The notes beneath the pieces were generated by a model, which did not search any database, had not been told where the DNA came from, and worked only from the letters and a program-made list of their open reading frames with translations. From positions 101,618,001 through 101,682,000 of the forward strand of contig NC_042997.1 of NCBI RefSeq assembly GCF_006345805.1: DNA of 64,000 nucleotides. Reading direction: 5' to 3'. The DNA is from Octopus sinensis. Lineage: Eukaryota. The position numbers were made by a program, and so were the translations under genes. Each line of letters opens with the position of its first letter. Position 1 is the first letter of the stretch. Of the stretch, positions 1-11,100 are shown one piece after another.

Positions 1-120
1 AAGACTAAATTTGTCTATGTTAGAAATAATCATTATATTCATCATCACTATTATTATCATGATTATTATCATCATCATTATAATTATTATTGTCATTATC
101 ATTATTATTGTCATTATCAT

Positions 121-660
121 TTTCTTTCAGTTCTGTTTCCATTTCATGCCAAGTGTCTTCCTGACACCTAGGGCAGAGAAACTCATTGTAGACATTTGAT
201 AGACCATTAAAATAAACACACCAGATTGTTCATTTACAAAGTCATGTGATAGAGAAAAAAGAGATGAAAGACAGAGAGAAAAAGGAGAAAATAGAAAAAT
301 AGAAAAAAGCAAACAAAGAAAATAAAGGGGAAAAAATAAAGAAAATTCACATTGACAATGCTCTTCTCAGTACATGTAACCTGCAGGGATTGTAAGCCAG
401 GGATCAGTCTTAAATAATTTTCAGTTCCTTTTCTTGATCATTCCAAGTGCTCCTACAATCACTGGTATTGTAACCATCTTGAGACACCAAATCTTTTCGA
501 TTTCAATTAGCAAATCTTTATATTTTCTGAGTTTATCAAATTTTTTTACGGTCACAGGGTATACTCATGTCAATCAATAAACAGATTTTATTGTTTTGAT
601 CTTTCGCAACAATATCTGGTTTATTTGCTTTGATGGTCTGGTCTGTACATACTGGAAATA
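121..660 (-). mobile_element. R4/Dong-type (RLE) non-LTR retrotransposon 3' fragment, copy C
   Basis: Hand translation with frameshifts: TDQTIKANKPDIV..KICLLIDMSIP / DKLRKYKDL..IW..TIPVIVGALG / HVLRRALSM*. Followed on the minus strand by an (AAT/GAT)n tail at 25-120. Confidence 0.75.
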
Positions 661-689
661 ATATTATTATTATCATTATCATCATTATT

Positions 690-1078
690 GATGTTCTGGA
701 GAACTCCCAGAGAGTTCTTAATTACCAGTTATTCTTTACTTGAAAGGTTTCAAGTAGTGCCTTCTCCTGTAACTCAAAGAGACAATACCCCTTAGAATGT
801 GAGCTGTACCCAACAATGCTGCCTTTTGGATCACCTCGAGTCTGACAGCAGCCCTAGTATTCTTAATATGTTTTTCAAAGCCCTTGGAAACTGCTCCTAG
901 TGCTTCAATTACCACTGGTATCACCATCACTTTCCTTATGCCCCATAATTTTCCTATCTCATCCCGCAGTGGCTGGAATTTCTCAGTCTTTTCTGTTTCC
1001 TTATATTTCACCTTCGAATTACCTGGTATTGCAACATCTATTATCTTTACTTCTTTTTCATCTTTGTGGATGAGCATG
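690..1078 (-). mobile_element. R4/Dong-type RLE retrotransposon 3' fragment, copy B
   Basis: ORF 736-1077: IIDVAIP..KETEKTEKF..LW..VIPVVIEALG..IQKAALLGTAHILR (restriction-like endonuclease C-terminus); (AAT/GAT)n tail at 661-690. Confidence 0.85.
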
Positions 1079-1092
1079 ATATTATTATTATT

Positions 1093-2072
1093 TCCTTTGC
1101 ACAGCTTCTAATGCTGGAGATGTACTACAATGCAGCTGTTCACTACCAGTGAACTAAGGTAGCACATCTTATTTTTCGAGCAGCTTCCGGATTATTCAAG
1201 CAGTTCCAAGCAGTGCTGTTTTCTGCAAGTGCTCCACCCTTATTGCAGCCCCTATTTGTTCCACATACTTCTCAAGATTTTTACTCACTGTTCCCAGGGC
1301 TCCGACAATTATTGGTACTACTGCTACCTTTTTCATCGACCACAATTGCTTAACTTCCCAAGCTAACCTGTCATATCTCTCAACTTTTCTTTCTTCCTTA
1401 TTGCATACCTTGTTGTCAGCTGGGCATGTTGTATCTATGATCCAGCATAGTTTGTTTTCTTCCTCAATTAAGACTATGTCCAGCTTCCTATTCTCTATCT
1501 CATGGTCGCACTGGATCATAAAATCCCATAGGGTCTTTGCATTTCTACTTTCGATGATGCCTTCAGGTTTGTGGTCGTACCAATTTTTTGGTCTGTCAAG
1601 TTCATACTTGTTGCAGAGTGTCCAATGGACAATCCTGGCTATATTGTCATGGCATCTCTTATATTCCTTCTGAGCTAGTGGCGTACATTGGCTGGTAATA
1701 TGCCATACGGTTTCACCATTTTGTCCGCAGATTCTGCACTTATCACTTTCTGATGTGTTGTCTCTTCTGTATTTTATGTAGTATGTTCTTAGTGCTTGCT
1801 CTTGGGCAGCACAGATTTCCAGTTTTAAATCAATTTTCATCATCTACAGCTATCTTTTTTCTCTGTCTGTTTTATCTTCAACATCCCTATGAAATTGACC
1901 ATGCATTCTTTTCTTTATCCACCTATTTTCAGTTTCATTCGTTTTTAATTTCTTGTATAGTGCTTTATCTTTGCAATCTTTCATCCTACGCAAGTCTGAC
2001 CTTCCTACTTCTAATAACAGCAGTTGTTTCTTCTGCTTTAATGCTGTGTTTGCATCCAATAAGTCCTCTTCC
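1093..2072 (-). mobile_element. R4/Dong-type RLE retrotransposon 3' fragment, copy A
   Basis: WIKKRMHGQF, ICAAQEQALRT, CCHC knuckle CRICGQNGETVWHITSQC, RKLDIV..IID..KVERY, LQKTALLGTA then TGA (probably from CGA); (TAA)n tail at 1079-1092. Confidence 0.9.
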
Positions 2073-2600
2073 CTAGTGCATGCCATCAAAGTGACACTGG
2101 GGTAAAATATATGAAGCCCAATATACCCATTGTGACTACCCATCTGACAAGGGTACACCAGGCACATGCATCACAATCATATGTGCATGACATGCTGATC
2201 TCATATCAAGATAAACAGTGTATGACCTTGCAGATGGGGCCCAGTTAGAATATTCTTCAGGTCAAATAGCCCATTCCACCCAAAAGGTCCCTGAATAAGG
2301 GTTGTTTAAGGATGTTGAACGAAACACCCATGTTTCCAGAAGTGAATTATCCAAACCCCAAAGAATTCTTTTCAACACATGGCTACGTTTGTGATCAGAG
2401 ATACACATATTGTCAGCCACTAAGGGTCATATTCAACTGGTTAAGATCAAACAACTAACAAGCAAATCTGTGGTATTGAGCAGAATATTTGCTGTAGCCC
2501 ATCTTTTATACCAAGTCAAAAGAATGTACATGATAACACTTTCAATCAGTTAAAATCAGAAGCCATGAGAGCCAGTGCCTGGCACTGCATCAGGGCATTT
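2073..2600. repeat. Unclassified non-coding interspersed-repeat-like segment fused to the 5' end of copy A
   Basis: Moderate-GC non-coding block between the Dong fragment and a (TTC)n(TTA)n tract; family not verifiable without a repeat library. Confidence 0.35.
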
Positions 2601-2637
2601 CTTCTTCTTCTTCTTATTATTATTATTATTATTATTA

Positions 2638-2970
2638 TGGCTCAGTGGTTAGAGCGTCGAGCTTACGATCGTGAGGTTGTGAGCTCGAATCCCAGACCGG
2701 GCTGCGTGTTGTGTTCTTGAGCAAGGCACTTTATTTCATGTTGCTCCAGTTCACTCAGCTGTAGAAATGAGTTGCGACGTCACTGGTGCCAAGCTGTATC
2801 AGCCTTTGTCTTTCCCTTGGATAACACTGGTGGCGTGGAGAGGGGAGGCTGGTATGCATGGGCGACTGCTGGTCTTCCATAAACAACCTTGCCCAGACTT
2901 GTGCCTAGGAGGGTAACTTTCTAGGTGCAATCCCATGGTCAGTCATAACCGAAGGGGGTCTTTACCCTTT
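2638..2970 (+). mobile_element. tRNA-derived SINE, family A (full length, CpG-rich)
   Basis: A-box tggctcagtggttagagcg, B-box gagctcgaatccc; homologous inverted copies at 7296-7584 and 62290-62600; bounded by (TTA)n tracts. Confidence 0.85.
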
Positions 2971-3083
2971 ATTATTATTATTATTATAATAATAATAATA
3001 ATATTTGGAGCTGTTCAGACTTATAAGATATAACATTTTTTATATCTGTTTTATAAAATTGATTTTTATTTTGTTTTTTCTAG

Positions 3084-3341
3084 TTTTAAAAGCTTGTCCA
3101 TCAAAAGAGGCCATAAGCCAAATTAATGGTCCTCTCACAACTGTATCAATGAATATTGCAAGCCAAACAGAGTTCCCAACAGCACAAAATAAATCAGATG
3201 AGAAAAAGAATTCCTGGGAGAGTACACCACAAAAATTATCTAACAGAACACAAAAAACAACCGAAGAGGAGCTTTGTAGAATATGTGGAGATCGTGCATC
3301 AGGTTATCACTACAATGCTCTCAGCTGTGAAGGATGTAAAG
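3084..3341 (+). CDS. EcR: NR1H exon: A/B region and first zinc finger ([22 protein letters not shown])
   Basis: Acceptor ttttttctag ends at 3083; donor gtatgt at 3342; 258 nt, phase 1-1; in-frame ATG at 3149 (MNIASQ). Confidence 0.9.
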
Positions 3342-3648
3342 GTATGTAACAGCTTCTATCACATTTCAGTATAATATCTTTGTTATGATATGACCATAGG
3401 ATGAAGTATTTTAGTTCATGTCCAAAAGAAGATGCCAAGCTGGGAGTTTAACCTTACTCTTTTACTTGTTTCAGTCATTTGACTGCAGCCATGCTGGAGC
3501 ACCGCCTTTAGTCGAGCAAATCGATCCCAGGACTTATTCTTTGTAAGCCTAGTATTTATTCTATCGGTCTCTTTTGCCAAACCACTAAGTTATGGGCATG
3601 CAAACACACCAGCATCGGTTGTCAAGCGATGTTTGAGGACAAACACAG

Positions 3649-3683
<35 letters not shown>

Positions 3684-6600
3684 CACATATACATATATAT
3701 GACAGACTTCTTTCAGTTTCCATCTACCAAATCCACTCACAAGGCTTTAGTCAGCCCAAGGCTATAGTAGAAGACACTTGCCCAAGGTGCCACGCAGTGG
3801 GACTGAAACTGGAACCATGTGGTTGGTAAGCAAGCTACTTACCACACAGCCACTCCTACACCTATAGTTAATTTTTTGTAATTCTTCTTGTAAGAGAATT
3901 TAGTTCAGTGGTAGAATGCTCACCTGCTACAAGGGCAGCCAGGGTTCAATTCCCAGCCAATGCAAAATTATTTATTTATAGGCACAGTGGTAAGAAGTTT
4001 GCTTCTCAACCACGTGGTTCCAGGTTTTGTCCTACTGTTTGGCATCTTGAGCAAGTATCTTTTGCAATAGCCCCAGGCTGACCTAAGCCTTGTTAGTGGA
4101 TTTGATAAACAGAAACTGAAAGAAGCCTGTAGTGTGTGCACGTGCTTGTATTTGTGTCTCTGTGTTTGTTCAACCACCACTTAGCACCTAGTGTTAGTTT
4201 GTTTACACTTCTGTGAATTAGTGGTTTGGCAAAGAAGACTGATAGAATAAGTATTAGGCGTAAAAATAAGTACTAGTATCAATTTGTTTGACCAAACCCT
4301 TCAAGACAGTACTCTAGCATGACCACAGCCCAAAGACCTAAACAAGTAAATGATAAAAGATAAAAGATTACTGAAAGTTAAAGAAAGCTATATAATAACA
4401 GAATCATCTTAATAATAATAGAAAAAAAAAGAAACATTTCTAACTTGTTTAAATGGAATTAAACAGCTTTCTCATGTTTTGTAAAGTTTTAAAAAAATGT
4501 ATTAGGTCCTGACTCTTTATAAGAAAACACAGCACATTTATCTTTCTAACTTTTTTATCATTTTTATATTATTTATTTATTACATATCAACTCATCTACC
4601 TGAACGTACAATATTTCTTTTGATTATCAGTTCGTAATGGATTCTAATGAATATCTAATATTTTAAACATAAAATACGTGGCTTCTCAGTAGTTTAAATA
4701 TGGAACTCTAGCAAAACAGACTTTTTTCTTTTTTTTTTTTTTGACATTTTTAAAATGTCTCTATAAAACTGTACTAATCAACATAATCAAATGGGTCATA
4801 TTTTTGTTTCAGAAACTCAGCAACTTTTATCATTTAAAGTGGTATTTTGAATTAAAGCAATGCTGAAACAGTGTTTTATTTCTTTCTCTCATTTTACTAG
4901 CTATTAGCATCAGATCCACATGATAGCACAACTTATTAAATGTTGTAGTTTAATTTTCCTCTAGGAACTACATACATTACATTAAAATTGGAAGTTAACA
5001 TATTTTAGTACTGAAGTCTTACAACAACATCCTATGATATAATCAAGATAACTTTTGCTAGAAAAGATTTCGTCTAAATGTTGTTACCATATCATGGGTC
5101 TGCTCAGATAAAGCTGAGGTTAGCCAACAACTACAAGAATAAACTGGTCTCTTCACTCAACTAAATATATTCTTCAAAAGCATTTGTTCACAAAATTTCC
5201 AAATAGGGTTGCAATTTAATTCTGCTTGCTCCAGACTTGTATATAAAGAAAATTGTGTACTATCAACTAAGAAATCATTTTTTTTATTGAAATTCACCTT
5301 AGCAAATGACTAAGGTAAATTAGATTAATCACATTTAGCAAGCAGAATGTTTAAAACAAAACTGAAATATATCTTTTACTAAGATTATTAATCTAATACA
5401 CCATAAACATAAAGCCTGGCAAGAAGCTTTATTGCATCAAGTTCAGAACCTCATGGATTGATTCAATAAGAACCAGTAATATAATAGATTTTATTCAAGA
5501 GATTTATTATGGTGTTAATGAGCTTACAAGTCTTTGTAGTCTGAGAGTTGTTGTCAGTTGACCAGATGGGTCTTCAACAGCTGAAACTGCTTGAGGTTGT
5601 TTCTCAAACTTAACATGTTGTAAAGGAGCTCTGCCAATATATTTTTCCTGACATGGCTGTGTAGTTAAGCAGTTTACTTTCCATCCACCTGAGTTCAATC
5701 CCACAGTACAGCAATTTGGACAAGAGTCTCCGACTATACCTCTAAGCCAATCAAAGCTTTGTAAGATTTCATTGCTGAAAACTGAAAGAAGCCCATTGTA
5801 TATGTGTGTGTGTGTGTTTACAGTTGAACTTTACATAAATCTGAGCAGTATCGTTGTCATTACTTGTCAACAAACTGTCTATTCACTTTACACTTTCAAG
5901 GACATGTGAAATAAGAAATCCCTTACGTGAAAAACAGGTAAACATTAATAACAAGAAGGGCATCTCATTGTAAAACAATGCCTCATTGATATATTTGTCT
6001 ATCCCATGCTAGCATGGAAAATAGATGTAAAACAAATTAAATTGTATATGGGTTCATTAGACCAAAAGTCAAAACAATTTGTTGATACAGTGACCAAATT
6101 TGAATCTGTAAATTCAGTTTATTACATTTATTCTGTATTTGTAATATTTCATAGGTTTCTTCCGACGAAGTATTACTAGGAATGCAGTGTACACATGTAA
6201 ATATGGTGGCAATTGTGAAATAGATATGTGGATGAGACGGAAATGTCCAGCCTGTAGACTTTTACGATGTCGAGAAGTTGGAATGAAACAAGAATGTAAG
6301 TAAATGCTGCATTAAAATTACATATATTTTTCTTTTGAAATACAAATATTTGTGATAATTGAATAACACTTATTTTTGTCTCTATCTTTTATCAAACTTT
6401 GCAGTTATATATTTTCCAATTGAAAATATACATAACTTGTTTTTAATAAGAAATGTCATTGTATGTAGAGGAAAGTATTTTATCCAAAATGGTATTTATA
6501 TTATTTTAGTTTTAAAGAGGGTGGCATTATTAGATTAACCATTTATCTCTTAAACCAGCTGTAACAGACCCAAATATCTCACCTCTTTTATGGTCAAACC

Positions 6601-8064
6601 AGCCAGATCCAGCTTCTCGCACCTATCCTATAGTGTCATTCTAAAAATATATAAACATATAGGTGCAAGTATGGGTGTGATTAATCAATGTCTTTGGGTT
6701 GATTTCTACAACTATAACCCAGCACTGCCACAGTCAAATGACTGAAACAAGTAAAAGAATAAAAGAATATCATCAGAATCTCAAAGCTACAAGATACCTT
6801 CAAAACCATCTGGCAGAGTAATCTGAATGCTAAATATTTAAATAGCCTATTTTTTAGTTCATGTTCCTATAATTTATTCTTCTGGTGTCAAATTTTCCTT
6901 TGATCTTGTCATGGTTGATGTGACAAGTACCAACCATACACTAATTAAGTTCAGTCAAATTATTCTCTCTTGCAAGATGATTTGACCTGATGACTAATTT
7001 AGAAATCAATATATTATTCAAATTTCATGAATTAACACTTATAATCACTTCAAATTTCACCATTTATGATGATTAAGTATCTAACTGATCATGATAAATT
7101 AACATTATTTTTGCTTTGCTGAAAGAGCAATGAATAGACTATTTGCAATAGGATTGTGTGGCTGGATACTCCACCTGTTGCCAACCTGTACTTGAAAAAC
7201 AACTGTGGGATTTATTTTTCCAAAGATTTTTAAAAGCATATGCTACTATGGGAAAATGAATGTTAAATAAAAGAATGAATATGTATGTATAAAGAGAGGT
7301 AAAGAACCCCTTCAGTCATGAATGACCATTGGATTGCACCTAGAAAGTTCCCCTCTGAAGCAAAAGTCTGGGCATGGTTGTTTATAGAATACCAGCCTCC
7401 TCTCTCCCTATCACTGATGTTGTCCAGCAAAAGCTGATACAGCTTGGCACCAGTGGCATCGCAACTCATTTCTACAGATGAGTGAACTGGAGCAATATTA
7501 AATATAGTGTCTTGCTCAAGAATGCAACACACGGCCAGGTCCAGGAATCAAACTCACTACCTCATGACTGGGAGCCCAGCACTCATAAGTGTAAGTCTGT
7601 GTTTGAACCAAATTCGATGACTGGCACCCATACCAGTGGAGCACTAACAGCTCCATACAAGCGGGTTCACTGCCAGAGCAGCTGTCTGGCTTCCGTGTAG
7701 GTGGGCACGTAAAAAGCACCATTTGAGCGTGATCATTACTAGCATCACCTTACTGACACTTGTGCCGGTGACACGTGAACAAAACATTCAAACGAGGTCA
7801 TTGCCAGTGCCGCTGGACTGACTCCTGTGCAGGTGACACATAAAAAATACCATTTTGAGCATGGCCGTTGCCAGTACCGCCAGACTGGCCCTCGTGCTGG
7901 TGGCATGTAAAAGCACCCACTACACTCTCGGAGTGGTTGGCATTAGGAAGGGCATCCAGCTGTAGAAACTTTGTCAGATTAGATTGGAGACTGGCACAGC
8001 CATCTGGTTCGCCAGCCCTCAGTCAAATTGTCCAACCCATGCTAGCATGGAAAGCAGACATTAA

Positions 8065-8105
<41 letters not shown>

Positions 8106-11100
8106 ACACACACACATTACTTATTTCTGTAAAAAAATGTTATGAATTATTTTTTTCTCTCTATTCTAGGTTTATTATCCCATGACCAATGCAAGGCTCG
8201 TGATATAAGGCGGAAAGCTAAACAAAAACTGCACAAAAAAGATGTGCCAACTCAGAATGAAGAGAAAGTGTTAAATCCTGAAGTCCCTAAATCCCCTCCG
8301 GATGATGCTGACCATTACTTTCATCGTCCATCAATTAATATCAAATGTCCGAACCCTTTGGAAAAGTTATCTGAAGATAAACAAATTCTGATAAACCAAT
8401 TAGTTTATTATCAGGAAAAATATGAATACCCTCAGGAGAAATGTATTAACAGCATCGATGAGGTGAGAAGAGAACTTTGGTAACTTTATTCTTTTATTTT
8501 TTGACTGGATTCAGTCTTTAGCCTGTGGCTATGCTGAAGCACCAGCATCAAGGAATGATTCATTCATATCACCCATTTGTCCTTTATGTCTGTCTGGCAT
8601 ATATTTTATCAATCTCTTTTTCTTGAACCACAAGTTGCAAGACTTAAAGAGACACATCATAAACATCACTGGTTTTAAAACCAATGTAGACATGCATACA
8701 CACAGACACACATCCAAACACACAGGCATGCACACACACACACACATGCACATACACACACACACACACACACACATACACACACACACACACCACACAC
8801 ACACACACACACGATGGCTTTATGCACAGTCTTCTACCAAATTTCACTCACAAGGTATTAGTTTACCTGTGATTACAGTTGCCCAAACTTCTGCAAAGTG
8901 GAATTGAACCTAAAACCACATGGTCACAGAGCAAATTTCTTTACCACACATCTATGCTAGCATTATCACATTAGCCCTTTAGTATTCAGATTTCTCTGTC
9001 AAATGTAATGCTTTTTATTCACATTGTTTTGAATTAATCATGCATTACCTTGTAGCTTTGAGATTTCAATGACGTGATTGTTTATTTCTTGAATAATATT
9101 TTAGGATAAGTGTGAGAGGCTGAATCTGGCCAGTTTGAAAATGAAACAGCTAGAATATTTTGGTCAGATATGACCGGTTTAAATGCCAATATTATAATCA
9201 TAATATCATAATCAGCTTCCATCAGGCCAGTCACAGGTTTACTGTTCTTCTGATGATGAGAATAGCAAGGTATTGCCTCACTTTGTGGAACAAATACCAA
9301 CAACAGTATTTTTAATTAAAATCTTTGATTTCTTTTCCCTTGCCATGTAGTGTAATCAAACCCGGAACCCCATGGTTATGAACCAAACTTCTTAACTGCA
9401 CAGAGATACCGGTATCCTAACATGTCAACAGTTGTCAAATTATTTGTAAATTTTTACCATGCAGATAGATAATCCTTGAGCTAAAGATTTTGTGAAAATT
9501 ATAATGCCTTTTGGTTGAGGAATTAACTGAATTTCATAAATACAACATTCTGGCTACTTCTGAAGAGTTAATATGTATAAATATTGATATCTGATTAACA
9601 TAAAACTAGATAGGATTATAGAAAATATGTCAAGACAAGGATAGCTTTAACGATTAATTAATATGGTTTCAGATTTTTGCAGATTAATACACTTAATACA
9701 GTCAACTATATAAATCAATAAATGTATTGTCTAATATAAGATATACATATATTGGCAAAAATTTTATATTTTATAAAATTAATGTATGGTTTAAAGAATT
9801 CAATAAAACAAGTTAGTATATCAGGGTTCTATGCAAAATGTATTTTAATTAGATTGATTTACAATTTTTTTGTAGATAAAATTAGAAATGCTTTGCCAAA
9901 TTCATTAAAGAATTGAGTATGCTGGTGGGTGTTCACTATACCTTGAGATCTTTTCTTGTCATTGTAACGATTAACCCAATTAGTTATTAGTTTAGGACTG
10001 TTTTTATACTGTGCCTTGTTTTGCAAGCAACAGGTCTACATAGTATCACAGCCTGCTAAATGCTGCTGTTCTTTTACAAAGTAACCTACTGAAGCCAATA
10101 CAATACATATTTTAGTACATAAATCTTAAGACAACATTCTCAGAATGAAGGCAAAATGGTTACTGACAGAAACATTGATTTATTTAGATATTGCCACAAG
10201 GCCATCGGTTTACTCAGGTAAAGAAAACAACACCAATAAATTGATTTTTTTTTTAAAGTTTTTGATTCAACATCTGTAGTCCTTGTAGGTATTTGTTCAC
10301 AAAATTTCTATATATGGTATCCTCATTGAGAAGAAAATATACTGAGGAGCCATTTTCTTTGGAGAATTTGTTGAAGAGCTACAGAAAATGTATCAGATAT
10401 TGAAGATACAAATGTTTAAATGTCAATGCAATAATGTCCAAAGTACTTGTTAGAAATAGAAAACAATAAAAACTATTTGGGAAAGTCCCTGTTGTGAATA
10501 TATAGGCTGGAAGTTAGTAGAAACAAAATGAAGAGTAATCAGAGTACTCAGCATTCTAACAGACTGATTGAGATTCAGAGTTTTAGGTATCTAAATGAGA
10601 GTATTGATTACAGAGTTACATGAATAATGATATTCAGCTATAGGAGCATCAAAAATATGATGTCAATGTGCTTTTGATATAGCTTACTAGACATTGTAAA
10701 TTCTCTTCTTCTCAAGCCCTTCTCTCCCTATGGAGCACAGGCCTACAATGAATTTTCTCCACTGTTCTTGACTCTGAGCTGTCTTTTCGTTTCTCAAATG
10801 TTAATGCTTTTGAATTGTCTTCAATGCTTCTGTAACTTTCCTTTTTCTAGGTAGGAGGTGTTCACACTACACAAACTCCTTTTTTATTTAAGCAGAGCAA
10901 TGGTCGATATTAACCTGGCCTCTATCCTTTGAACCTGTCCAGCGTGGGAGGCCCTACCAAGAGCTTGCACTCCACTGGCATAGTTCTCTGGGTCATTGAT
11001 GCACACAAGTCACCACACCACAGCAAAGACTGGACCTTGTGGTGGAGACTGTAAAATAGTTTCCTATAATTTAGGTAACATAATTAGTGCTGGAATTTGT

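Noticed and set aside
3894-3964. Functional tRNA-Ser(GCT) or tRNA-Gly gene
   Set aside because: Acceptor stem 5' strand missing, stem mismatches and no oligo-T terminator; scored as a pseudogene.
7794-7810. AGGTCA-t-TGCCAG as a possible autoregulatory IR1 response element
   Set aside because: Second half-site is poor and the sequence lies within a multicopy LINE tail.
7640-8070. Regularly spaced ~60-bp repeats resembling a CRISPR array
   Set aside because: Degenerate tandem subunits of a LINE 3' UTR in a eukaryotic genome; spacers are homologous to each other and there are no cas genes.
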